DNA of 64,000 nucleotides from the NCBI RefSeq assembly GCF_964355755.1, contig NC_092671.1:4526001-4590000 (forward strand). The letters are read 5' to 3'. Source of the stretch: Antedon mediterranea. Its lineage: Eukaryota > Animalia > Echinodermata. The notes beneath the pieces were generated by a model. That model made no database searches. It was given only the letters and a program-made list of their open reading frames with translations, and was not told where the DNA came from. This document shows, one piece after another, positions 37,731 through 50,572 of the stretch. Both the position numbers and the translations under genes were made by a program. Each line of letters opens with the position of its first letter. The first letter of the stretch is position 1.

Positions 37731-38916
37731 TCAAATTTTGATCTCCTCATCATATTTGACCATTTAAAAAAGAAAAATCTCTGTTTGCAATTTGTTTCAC
37801 TTTGGGCTGGTTTTTTTGCTAGATTGACTAGCCTATGTGAATACATTTTGTTAATCAAACGATAACAACTGTCATACATTCTGTTCTTAAAAACTGTGAT
37901 ATTATACATTGAGGGAATATGTTATATTTATATGTACCAAAGGTATTGAAATAGAAAAATTAATAATTTATTAGGATTTAGTTAGTTAATTAAGTTTAAA
38001 TTATTAAGATAAACAATCAAGATTGCTGAAATAAGAAAATATATCCATTTGCCGATCCTTTTCCTTATGAAAAAATCTGATTGCTTCTTTCTGGAAAAGG
38101 AAGTGATGTAATTTTAAAAGAAAAATGTAACAAATATACATACCCATTTTAAATATTAAAAGGATTGACTAAATATAATTTTCAGAAAAAGAATAACAAA
38201 ATGTATTTGTACAATTATATATTATATATCAATATTTTTTCGAAAAAAACAGAAAGCTATCGATGATAATCATTCATTCATTCATTTATTAAAATCATCT
38301 TCACAGAAAAACTGAATTGTGACAATATTTTACATTATTAAAAGGTGCTTACAATATTTAAAATGTTTAAAAAAGATAGCATAAAATAACATCAAACAAG
38401 TAAGAAACACACAATACATCATAAAAAAACAATAAAATAAACGAGCACAACATCAAAACTAGTAAAAATCCAAATGAATGGCCAAGTGAATTGGAAAAAT
38501 TACCTAACATATTATTGAAGTTAGACATAAATCACATAAATTAGTATTAAGTAATGGATATCAGATGAAGTACAGTACAAATACATGTTTCAGGAGGATA
38601 CTTTATGTTAAAGGTGATAATTAGTTTAAATGTTACCCCAATGAAATTCAATTACCAGGTTGAAGTAGTCTGGTGGAAACACTACTATATGTACTCATGT
38701 AGAACACAGTCAGTTCTACCAAGGTTAGAGGTGGGTGCCAACATTTGAGATAAGTGGAAACATGACCTTTTCAATAGCAAATTCATTACCAGCATTATAA
38801 ATGAAATGTTAAAAAGATGAGAATGCAAGTAAATATTAGATTCATAGTCCTCATTATGCACAATGGTTTTCTACTATCACATTATTAAAATATAAAACAA
38901 TCATATAGCCTTTAAT

Positions 38917-41380
38917 CAGTGGTGTATCCAGGATTTTGAAGTTGGGGGGCCGGGAATTGCCAATTTGCCGACAAAATTGGTGTCATTATCTGTACATACA
39001 CGACGTCTCTTATCAATATATGTTCTAGGATTACATAGTCATATTGTCTTATATGGGATAACGATGCAAAATTAAAACCAAACCAACATTATCTGTTAGT
39101 ATGTTGTATTCATATTACAATAAAGAAAGAATTAGGAAAATCTGATTTGTAGTTTTCGAAATATAGGGTCTAAAACATCGCCGAAAATGATCGTTTTTAG
39201 CCACGAAAGAATTAAAACAATTTGCGGCCTCAGTCGACAATTCTACTACGCCATTTTTGGTTAAAATAATTACATATAATTACGTTTTTTAGTAATTTAT
39301 TTTATATATCACCATTGGAAATATCAATAAAACATGTTATTAAATGCTTATAAAATATAAAGTTGTTTACTTAACGGAATTCGGACAAATTCATTGCTCT
39401 AACTTTGTGTAGTAACGATCAGAGAGATTCATGGTACACGCGCGAGAGAAAACATTCCGCTGCGGGTGATTCGCATCCACCAATCAAATCAGCTAGAATC
39501 CTAAATCATCCAACCGTGAGCAATGCCAATCGCGAGAAAGCTCAGCTTTGATTGGCTTACGATGACATCATATCACAAAATGGGGATTTTGTAGTTGAGC
39601 CTCACGGAATATTCTGTTCCAAAAATGAAATAGGGCCTACATGGATATTTTTTATGGTATATGTGCTTTTTCTTTAAAAATTTTGAATAATAAAGGCCTC
39701 ATATCGAGAAAAAAAACGGGTTTTTGGCACTTATAATAAATATATCTTAGACAAAAAAGCACATGGCATGTGGAAGGTTGCGGAGGTTGCTTTGCGAGAA
39801 TTCTTTTTGTTGATTTCTCTAGTGCATTCAATAATATTCAACCATATGTTCTGGCTAATAAGCTTATCGATTTAGAAGTTAACCCCCTGATTATAAAATG
39901 GCTACTTAATTTTTTAAAAGATAGAGAACAGCGTGTTAAGCTTAATCACACGTTGTCCTCGTTGTTGAAAGTTAACACGGGTGTTCCACAAGGTTGTGTG
40001 TTATCACCTTTATTGTATACAATATACACAAATGATTGTAAGTCAAATAATACAAAAACTGAGATTATTAAATATGCAGACGACACTGCTCTGATTGGTT
40101 ATCTGGATTCAAAAGATGATTCAATGACAGGCTTCTTAGACAGTATTAATATTTTTCACAAATGGTGTAAAGATAATTTTTTAGATCTAAATATAAATAA
40201 AACTAAAGAGATGGTTTTTGATTTTTGGAAGAAGATAAACTACCTTCCCAAGATCAAAATCAATGGTGAGACCATTCCGGAAGTTAAAACTTACAAATAT
40301 TTAGGGGTTGAAATTGATAATAAACTTAAATTTGATGCAAATAGTAGGTGCATATACAATAAATTACAAAAACGTCTCTTCTCTCTACGCAAATTAAACT
40401 CTTTTAAGATTGACCGTACTATTTTACAACTTTTTTATACTTCTATCTTAAACAGTGTACTTAGTTTTTGCCTAATATGCTATTATGGTAATTCACGTTT
40501 TAAAGATAGACTTTTACTTAATAAAATAGTTAAACAAGGCAGTAGAATAGTAGGCTCTGAACAAATTCAACCTGAAGTTTTATATAAGGAATTAGTAATT
40601 AAAAAATTGAAAATTGTTTTAAAAGACCACGCTCATCCTCTGCACTATAAATTTAACAAAAGTCAACGTTGTGACAGACTCCTTCAAAGAAAAATTAAAA
40701 CAAATAGATATGGCAATTCATTCGTCCCTGCCGCTATACGATTATATAATAAATGATAATATCATTCATTATAATCGTATAATCGTATTTTATGCGCTAG
40801 TTTTATTTTTTGTAGTATTTTAAATCGACTTTTTAGGATTTTATATGTATATTTTGTATGGCTTTTTTTTATCGTATTTTATATTTTATGTACTGTATCC
40901 ATTTTATATTTGTATGTACTGTACTTTTGAAAAGGCCAACAGAGTTTCCCCATGGGGATAATAAAGTTTTAATTGAATTGAATTGAATTGAACTATATAA
41001 TCTCTTAGCGTAGGAAGACATACAAATCCCAGGTCATGAGAGGCTCAACTGCATGCAAAAACAAGGTTTTAGGTTAAGGTCAAAGACTTTTGAGCAAACA
41101 ATCTACCGCGTACGGCCGTACGTACGTGCTACACATTTTTTACGTGTTTCGTTAGATGTAATGAAAATAAAAAATAGTTGATCTGAAGGGATCAATGATG
41201 ATATGATATGTAAATAAACAAACACTCAAAAGAATTATGTTTACAGTTCAATTATTGTCAGAATAAATAGTTTATTTTTTTTCCCGGCACCTTTGTTTGC
41301 CGACGGCCGCGATGATGTGCCGACGGAAACGAAATCAGGGGGGGCCCGGGCCCCCGGCCCCCCTACTGGATACGCCACTG
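38917..41380. mobile_element. hAT-type non-autonomous element with nested insertions
   Basis: TIR CAGTGGTGTATCCAG / CTGGATACGCCACTG; 8-bp TSD CCTTTAAT (38909-38916, 41381-41388); GC-rich subtermini. Confidence 0.85.
39770..40992 (+). mobile_element. 5'-truncated Rex1/Babar-like LINE, RT ORF 39770-40756
   Basis: RILFVDFSSAFN, GVPQGCVLSP, YTNDC, KYADD, YKYLG, SFVPAAIRL; 3' hairpin ttccccatgggga, AATAAA and (AATTG)n tail. Confidence 0.92.
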
Positions 41381-43042
41381 CCTTTAATGAATTTATATGG
41401 AGGTCTATCCAAATAAATTTAAATAAAAGGGTCGTAATATGTCTTTGTCTCCAGTTCGTGGAAAATGAACAAAAAATATTCAAAATATCCTGCCAGTTTG
41501 CGTTTAGTACAACCTGCTTAGTTTTTAATACGAGTAGGCCTACTGCTTTCTAAACACATAACTTTGATTTCTGCAAAAAAAAAAAAAAATCTCTGTAATA
41601 ATGTACTTTTTAATTACTGTAATAATCTAGGCATAGATTATGTTGACCAGGCCAGTGAGAGGACGATCGACTGTACAGTACTACCAGGTGGATACAACTT
41701 ATTTCTTGTCTACAAAGTGTACAGTAGTATGCTAATAGTACTATTATTAGATTAGGTAGTTGGAGTAGTTTGGAGAGATACATCTATTTATAAGAGAGTA
41801 CTTTATTATTATAGATATAATACCAATAGGTACCATGTATTGGGATGCAATTCAACAGTTATGAATAAAAAAAACCCTGTATGCTTTTTTCTGGCTGTGA
41901 AATATAAAATTGTTAAATGAAAAAGAAAATTTAGGGTGATCATCCCAGTATTTACAGTCTAAATTTGATCTTTATGCAACAATAGGCATAAAAGATTTTT
42001 TAATTAGGTATAAAAGCAAATTAAACGCCCTACGTACTCTGTATGTTGGAGGAAATAAGCATAAGTGCAAATAAATCCTTGACCACAGGATGTAATTCAC
42101 TATTTGGAATCAGTAGTACACGACTGTGTTGGACCATAATGTGGTCCAGGTTGACGGGCCAGGAATGATGGTAGTGCCCAGTATACAGTGTAGTTTAGCC
42201 TCAAGGCAATACCATGTAGCTGGATTAGCTTGCAGAAATACACTAGAGGTATTTCATGAGATTTGGTGTGTGATGATTCAGTTTGATAATTAGTTGTAAA
42301 AAAAAATTGTTGAATTATGAAGAAAATATTGTAAAATATAACAAGGAAGTTATACTATAGTATAATTAAGGGGTAACTGTAAAATATATTATAATAATAA
42401 ATGCAATGGGAATTACTATTACTACTAATATTATGTATACAATACAATATTACAGTTAAATTCATAGGTCGATATTATTTTATTATTTATATAAGGAAAT
42501 CTGTTTTAGAATGAGAAAAAACCGTCCCAACCTAGATTTGAACCCAGATATCAACAAAGCTATAAAGCTATTGGTACGAGTTGACCAATTATTTGGGTAT
42601 GAGTTAGCCAAGTTTGGTACGAGTTGACATGGGTACGTTACGGGTTGACCAGCACCCTAGAATACGGATAAAGATCAACCCGTACCCCATGCCGACTCGT
42701 TCCCATCCCATGGTAGAATACTACTTACATGTTAGTTTAGCCTAGCTGGGCTAACCTACCTCACCTCTCACATGCCCTTCTGAAAAAACGCGACCGAAAT
42801 TACTGGAACCCTACCCTAGCCTACTAGGCCTAGATAGTAGTGATCCGTAGTACCATGGAACTATAATAAATGGTAGACGTACTAGTACTGTGTAGTATAT
42901 GTTAACATGTCTGGCTCTACGAGGCCTTTTTATGCTCATAGGATGGCTTTTTTGGGCGTCCCAATGTAGGCCTATGACTATAGCTAGGACAGATTTCCCG
43001 GCTGCAGGCCTGTAGCCTATGCTCTAGTAGGGCGGGCGGGTG

Positions 43043-43957
43043 GCGATTTTTTGTTTCGTACATAAGTTGGGGACCCCCTCATGAAACGTCACAAAATAAA
43101 CATGAATAATTCATCAGTTAAATTTTCTTGTTCCGTGTGCACCCAAGCGTATACCAACAAGAAGTGATTACACAAGTGCGGTACGATTCTAGGCCTATCT
43201 CCGCTGTTGTTGCGGCGTGCGATTTCATAGAAGAATAGCGGCGTTTTGTGTGGATTGTCGAAATAATCAGCCTTTGTTTATGGTGTTTTTAATATAATTT
43301 ATTACTAAAGAATTACGTGTTAAAATTATAGTTTCTATTAATACTATAGGCCTAATTATTAGTCTCTAAACCCATGTCTATTCTAGTAGTAGCTGTGTGG
43401 GTACGGTGTGTATGTGTGTGACGTGTGTGTGTTAGGTATGACACAATCCGAGTAATAAGTCAGCAAAATTAAACATTAAACATTACACAAAAATACATTT
43501 TTTATTCTCGTGGGTCTAATCTTCCCATCTCATGTGTTCATATACGCGCATTTTTAAAGTTCCTTTGAGTTCATGCATATTGTTTGATAATAAAATAGCA
43601 GAATTAAAAAAATACAGTACACAAATTATACACATTCTTTATTCTTGTGGGTCTAAGCTTTCTTTGGGCTATGTCCAATGAATTACTACTTAGTTTTAAT
43701 GTCTTGCCTAGCTGTCGATTAGCCTCGACTCGACACATTTTGTGTGAAGAATAGTGCGCGAAGGCAATCACGTGAATTGACCTAGAATCCTAGGCCTACT
43801 GTAGAAAGAATCGTATCGCAGTTGTTCGTGTAATCGCTTCTTGTTCCTATACGCTTGGGTGCACACGGAACAACAAATTTAACTGATGAATTATTCATGT
43901 TTACTTTTGTGACGTTTCATGAGGGGTCCCCAACTTATGTACGAAAAAAAAAATCGC
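43043..43957. mobile_element. Mutator-like MITE copy 2, 9-bp TSD GGGCGGGTG
   Basis: Highly similar to 2211-3171; GGGCGGGTG at 43034-43042 and 43958-43966. Confidence 0.88.
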
Positions 43958-45404
43958 GGGCGGGTGTACTCTGGTCGATTCACCCCTGGTCGACTCGTAC
44001 CCATGCCAACTCGTACTTAACTTCCTACCCTAAACTCGTATCCAACCAAATAATTGGTTGATTTCCCGCTAGACTAGTAGGCTTAGCCTAGCTACAATAT
44101 TCATTATGCCCTGCTAAAAAGGTAGATGAGCTACTAGACTAATTACGTAATTCGTATAATAATAACAATAATTGACTAGAAGGCCTAAAAGCGGCCTATC
44201 CATTCTTGCATGGCAGTACGAAAACCTGCCTATGGTTGTACATCATTGTAAATTGTCAACACACACTGTGCTACAGACAGTGTACCATGTGTTAAAAGTA
44301 CAGCATTTATAGCAGACACCAACGTGTATAACTTTCTATAGTTTTACAGATAGCACCTGTGGACAGTAGCAGAATCGGGTGGTACGATATATCTACTACA
44401 TATTTATTTTAGTCGTGTCAACTGTACCTTAAAGTGTATCCATAATTATGATATGCTGATTTGTCAGATGTTATTGTTTAATGTTTTATTATATCACTAA
44501 CCTGTTAGTGGAGGTGTTCATCGCTGTTGTTTTTTTGGACGAATAAAATCAAATAAGAATGTCTTTAATTATCATACAAATGACAACTTACAAATACAAA
44601 GAATTTGTTTTCTTAGGATTACATTACTGTGAAAATTAACGTCACTTGGATTCCTGGTGAAGAAAATGGAACAGGAACAATTACGGTACAAAAAGGAAGC
44701 TTTCGTCAGACATAATAGTAGAATATGACGTGCCAGAAGTACTAAAAATCCAATCATTGACAGAAGGCCAAATCCATTTCCGAGACATTCAACGCAAACC
44801 AAACCATCGTTAAAGCATGAACTTAGAAATTAGAATATATAGGTCCATGGTTAAAGCAAACCATTCTTGACGAAGCAAAACTGTTCATTTCATGCCCAGC
44901 GAAACATTTTTTTTTCACAGTGCAACCAAATCAATCATTATGAGCCAAACAGTTCGTCATGCGAAACAACTCAACGTCAGATTTATCATCGTGAAATACT
45001 AAACCAGTCTTCGTGGAGCAAACGTATTTAACATATTAAAATTATACCAATTTTGCACTTTTGGTAGGCCTCTACAACTTACTTTGATAAAACAAAAGCT
45101 TTGTATAAATTTACTTCGTATTAGTTGGAACTCAGATGATAATGATGTTAATAAAAAAAAACTAATCTAAAAATTATTTCAGTGATTTTTTGTCTAAATT
45201 AGTAGGCCTACCTACAAATTGCTCTCCGCAAAAATGTTAGTTCCGACCGAATTCTATTTTGAATGTTTATATGCCAAAGTCAAGTAAAACAATGGCGGCG
45301 CTATTATTGGATTTCCAACGCCAAGTTACAGTACTCCATTGTACAGGGGAATAGTATATAGTGCAGTTAATTACTATCACATGACAATCTACTAAGGTGT
45401 ATTA

Positions 45405-45600
45405 TAATATTATGTAGCATTTTTCCTGTAGAAAAAGTCAACAAATGTTTGTCTAAAACTTTCATTAACTACATTATATATCAAAGGATTTACAGATGAG
45501 TTTATATATGTTGGAAAACGACAATAGTTGAAACCCAAAATGCATCGGATCCAAGAATATTAAAGTCACAAAAACTGTACAGAAAATTCTCCTCTCAGAA
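45405..45600 (-). pseudogene. GPCR 3' relic (ICL3/TM6-TM7 with deletion)
   Basis: SERRIFCTVFVT joined to ILGSDAF..CRFPTYINSSVNPLIYNVVNESFRQTFVDFF. Confidence 0.8.
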
Positions 45601-45789
45601 GTGTCCATGTCCTTTTATTAAAGGTTGGCCGTAGTTTTAAAAAAGAAACAAAAATCAAAATATTGACAATCACTCACAAGTTTGCTTAGTTAGGCCTATC
45701 TATCTAACTTAAGTGTAAACAAAATAATTATAACATTTTGTTTTATATTTCAAAATGTAATGGTCATAAGTTATCAATAATTGTAAACT

Positions 45790-46854
45790 TCAGACACTGA
45801 CAGTACGTGCAGATATTTTCCTTCTGAATAAGCTATAGAATACGTCAACAAATGCTCGTCTAAAAGTTTCATTTACTGCATTATATATCAACGGATTTAC
45901 GGAACAATTTATAATTATTCCCAACTGAAAGACAGTGAAAAGCAAATCGAAATCCGATTCAATAATTTTTAAGAATAACAACATACCGAACAAAGTATAC
46001 GGTGTAATGCAGAAAACATAAACCGTGACTGTCACAAAAACTGTCCAGAATATTTTCCTTTCAGATTTCGAACGTGGGTCAGTATCGCATGAATTTGCCA
46101 CGACATTGCGCGATTTTCTTAAAGAATAAATTATAAGCCAACACAATATAATAATTATCACATTTAACATTGTATTGAGAAACAATGAAATAATGAACAA
46201 GATTCCATATAGTTTATAGTAGTTTGGATTTACAATACATACAGTTACACGATTTGAGATACCTCTATACATGTCAGGCCAAGGAAGAATGACGTCCGTA
46301 CGTTCGTACAGTACAAAATGTACAGTGTTCACTATGAAACTGAAAATCCATATAATCGTAGAGACTTTTACAGATCTTGAGAGAGTACCGAATCTACTAG
46401 TTTGAAATTGATAAGGTCTACAAATTGCCATATAACGTTCAACCGAAAGCCAAGATATCGTTAAAATGCCTACAAGTCCGAAACTATAAGGAAGGAAACT
46501 CAACGCTTCACATACCCAGTTGTTCTTCAGTACTTCATCAATCATATATGGTACAGGAATTAACCAATGTCCACATAATACAATGGGTATAAAAATTAAA
46601 CTCAACGTATCAGCTATCGCTAAATTGGCTAAATACACGTAAAATGAAGAGTGTAATTTACACACTATAACGATAAATGTCATTATGTTTCCCACAATGC
46701 CTAAAGTGACAACAACAGGAATGATATTGTAACGTAAAATCTTCAAAAAGTCACTATACATAAACATATCTATGTAAGCGTCATATCGACTCGTGTTTGA
46801 CGTTGAATAAGCGTGACCAGATACATCAGACGCATTGTCATCTGAAAGTGACAT
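45790..46854 (-). CDS. Intronless class A GPCR, 354 aa
   Basis: Intact ORF; GN, LAIAD, SVERY, PWPDMYRG, CITP, NPLIY. Confidence 0.95.
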   Translation of the reverse strand: MSLSDDNASDVSGHAYSTSNTSRYDAYIDMFMYSDFLKILRYNIIPVVVTLGIVGNIMTFIVIVCKLHSSFYVYLANLAIADTLSLIFIPIVLCGHWLIPVPYMIDEVLKNNWVCEALSFLPYSFGLVGILTISWLSVERYMAICRPYQFQTSRFGTLSRSVKVSTIIWIFSFIVNTVHFVLYERTDVILPWPDMYRGISNRVTVCIVNPNYYKLYGILFIISLFLNTMLNVIIIILCWLIIYSLRKSRNVVANSCDTDPRSKSERKIFWTVFVTVTVYVFCITPYTLFGMLLFLKIIESDFDLLFTVFQLGIIINCSVNPLIYNAVNETFRRAFVDVFYSLFRRKISARTVSV

Positions 46855-48147
46855 TTTTCTTCTGAAAATACTTAAAATACTCTGAAAGACTTGTGTTAGA
46901 TGTCCCGTATTCAGTTACATCACATGATGCATTTTCATCAGCATTGACATTTTTTTTTTTGCAATAAAAAAATGAGCTTGTGTAATAAAATAAAACGACG
47001 TCTAATTTAATATCAACTGGATTGATTGGTTGCTTATAAAATGTTGATGATAGTTCCGTGATAAAAACAATTTACATACCAAGTGTCGGAATACTACTTG
47101 GCAAGAGGATGTGTTCATAAAGTAGAGGTATATACTATAAAAGATACCAAGTTCATCTGGAAGAAGATTTTGGAGCTGTTGATATGTTCTCACAATTTAC
47201 TCATTCTAATGCGATAGACTGCCCTTTTAAAACCTGATTACCATTGACGTATTTTGCAATTGGTTACTTCGTGACTCGTTGGTGGAACAAAGCTTTTTAA
47301 AGTACAAACAATTGCCCTACAGAAACTAAATTGAAAATGCAAATGTAATCGATTTTATTTGAACTTACTTCTATGTATAATGTATTTGTAAACAGAATTC
47401 TAATCAAACACATTCTTCGATGCATAATTATATGGGCTACTAACAAAATCTGAAATTACAAAATAATACAGTTGATACAGAATAGGCTTACTGCAGAATT
47501 CATTGTTACTCGGATGTTGTCAATCTCACTGCAATCCTCCATCCAGGAAAGAGGCAGCTTTCGATTTAGAAATCATCAAATTGTGTCAATTAATTAACAT
47601 GACGTAATTTGGTCATCGTTCGTCGCAAATCGAAAGCAAAATACTGCTGACTACACACAAGATCCTCAACTAAACTGCCATTCTAAATTGATGAGCTCAT
47701 CAAATCATTGTCCTTCTACTAAGATTAAAACCGGCTACTGTTTTCTATCTTCGTCTGCTCGTCTTAATTATGAAATGCATAAACATTCAGAGAAGTCATC
47801 TACCACACATTACTTTACGCAACATCTTTTTACAATTAATTATTTTGGATCCGTTTTTTTTATAGAACAAGTTCTCATTTGGGAAAAATGTAGATTCAGA
47901 TTATTCATATTATCATCATCTTATACCGTATGTAAAAACCTATGAAATTTGCTTTTCAGGGACAAAGGGTTAACATTTTATTTATTAAAATTACAAAACA
48001 AAAGTGATTAAAAAAAATTAGAATTTTATTTTCTATTCGTATTGCACTTGCAAGAAAATAATCTCTATGCAGCTTGACATAGTTGATCGGAGATATCGCA
48101 TACCGCATACACCAGACCAAGGAAAATGACGTAAACAAGACACAGTA

Positions 48148-48498
48148 TTATTAGTTACACCCTGCTTGTTCACGGAATACGGGGAATATCTACGTTCTGG
48201 TTCATAATCCATGAGGCCAAAGGCCGAATGGAATATGAAACCAGAACGTAGATATTTCCCGTATTTCGTAAAAACAAGCAGGGTGCAACGATTTTATCTC
48301 TTAGTGTCTAGCTATCACAACAACAATAGGGAGCTTTCGACGATTACGATTAGCTTTTTATACGGACTGTCGAATACGGGTTCATATTCGATGGTTAAAA
48401 TCACAACTACGCATGCGCTCAACGATAAAAATACAATACAATACATAAACAACGCGCGCGTAGAAACATCAAACAGGTAATACGGGATATATATTACC
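48148..48498. mobile_element. Hairpin-bearing non-autonomous insertion (Crypton-like, boundaries approximate)
   Basis: ~60-bp imperfect inverted arms 48154-48212 / 48228-48289 around gaggccaaaggccga; absent from copy A (~13850). Confidence 0.55.
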
Positions 48499-48879
48499 AG
48501 TATTGGTACGTTGCTTCTAATTATATTGATTTATTGATTTAATGTATCACCTATTTCTAACAAGTAAACATGATGACATATCGGTTTCCTAGAACCAATA
48601 TAATAAAACATTTATAAATAATTCATTATCTTCCTTCAGAAACAATGAATAATAAATTATAAGATTATTAATTTTTTTTTCATACGCATCCAAAAGCAAC
48701 TAACTCGCCAATTGCAGTATGATCATTCTTATAAAATAATAATTAAAATAAATTAAATTAATTCCTTCAGAATAATACATTATTTAAGATTTGTCAATTT
48801 AATTGAAACGTTTCATGTTTAGAAGTACAATAATACAATACTTCTTTCAGAATAAGTTTTAGTTATTCAACAATATTCT

Positions 48880-49190
48880 CTGAATTCTTCTGTAGAAAAC
48901 GTCAATAAATGCTTTTCTGAGATTTGTATTTCATACATTATATATCAAAGGATTTACAGAATAATTTAAGTATGTTCCCAAACGACAAATATTCAAGAAA
49001 CAAGCCAAGAGACATCAGAGAACTATAACGATAACAATGTCATTATGCTGCCGATAACACCAAAGACGATCACAACATGAATAGGCACAATCTGTTCCAC
49101 ATTTCCATGCAGGAACAAATCAATGAGAGCATCATACCGACTCGTATTGAACATTGTATTCTCTTTTTCGGATATTATATATGATGATGA
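48880..49190 (-). pseudogene. Internally deleted GPCR relic (duplicate of 14665-14960)
   Basis: CRLGTYLNYSVNPLIYN..RKAFIDVF adjacent to TM1/N-terminal sequence. Confidence 0.75.
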
Positions 49191-50572
49191 TAGTGTTGTT
49201 ATTTTTCTTGCTCAAAATGTGTACATCATTATATATAAATGTCTTCACAATTAAATTATGCTTCTAATAAATAAAATCACGATGAGTATACTAATACCGA
49301 TAGTATAATGGGTACTCTTCCAAAAAGCTCACTTCTTTTGGTGATGGTTTTTGCGTTAATTTGAGTAACGTATGCCTACTGTACAACTTATCCTAAGTTC
49401 ATCTGAAAATTTTCCTATTAAAAAGTGGGCGCGACCATTGTCAACTTGTTCAGTATGGTTACTACATGTACGTTCATAAAATATAAATCTTTATATTTTT
49501 ATGCAATATATTTTTTTTTTTTTGCTTGCTTTGGAATATTTTAAATCAATAAAAATTAAGTAATTATGAAAAAAAATAATGCACTAATAATAGTATACAA
49601 TACTAAAAGTCAAGTAGAAATCGAAATGTAATTATGTAGAAAGGTATTGTTAAGCATAAAAGAACATCGTTAAGTGCACTGATGTTTTATACATTAGCAG
49701 ACATTACCACATACAATGTTCACTTGAATACAAATTAATGTTGTTAAAATTAACATTTTACATAGTTACAATTTAGAGAGTCCGGACAAGTCTTAGTGGT
49801 TTAAAAAAAGTCATTTATTTTTTCACACAAACAAAATAATCGTACCAATAAAATAACGTTACTGAACAAATATTATACAAATAATGAATGTTTATGATTT
49901 GTGTGGTATGCCTACAAATACGTTCAGGAAGTGAAAGGTGGAGGGTTATATTTTCACGAGGCCAAACCATTCGAAAAAGGAAGCACTCAAGTTTTGGACG
50001 CAGAGGGCGCATGCAAAGCAGGTTGATCGAACAACAGCCTAAATTAAAGTTGGCGTATGTTGTTGCTCATCGGACACGTTCATATACAATATCGTGATTT
50101 AATTACCATGATATATTACCATGATAAGTTTAGCACGATGAAGAGAAATCGTCAAATACATTATTATTCACGTTAAACTAAGTTCATCATGTTAGTGTGT
50201 TCCACTAGATCACGTTAAGGTGGTTAAGATGATCACGTTATTTAATAATAATGATCAAGTTAATCATGTTTCTCTAGTGTGTTCCACTAGATCACGTTAA
50301 GGTAGTTAAGCTGATCATGTTATTTAATAAGTTTAGGTTCACATCCATCGTATGATCAGTGGAATCATGACTGACGGTGAATCTGAATTGAACTGCTTAG
50401 CAAAATGAACAGAAGAAAAAGTAATGATTGTCTGAAACTTTCAATCTAAGCATTTTATAACATATTTAAAAATGAATGTATAAATAGTCCAAGTCGACTA
50501 AATAAAAATAAGCAATACCCCTATAATTATAAGATAAAATGATTTCCAGGTTAAAAAATCGTGAAATACATT

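Larger units (their letters stand above)
32156..37835. mobile_element. Non-autonomous Academ-like DNA transposon, 5.7 kb
   Basis: Perfect 19-bp TIR TAGGCTAGTCAATCTAGCA, 3-bp TSD TGT (32153-32155, 37836-37838); empty site ggattgtgaatac at ~59171; TAG termini with a 3-bp TSD fit Academ. Confidence 0.82.

Noticed and set aside
42573-44062. Single large TIR element defined by aactcgtaccc / gggtacgagtt repeats
   Set aside because: The repeats look like fragments of a MITE family, but orientation and TSDs could not be reconciled into one element.
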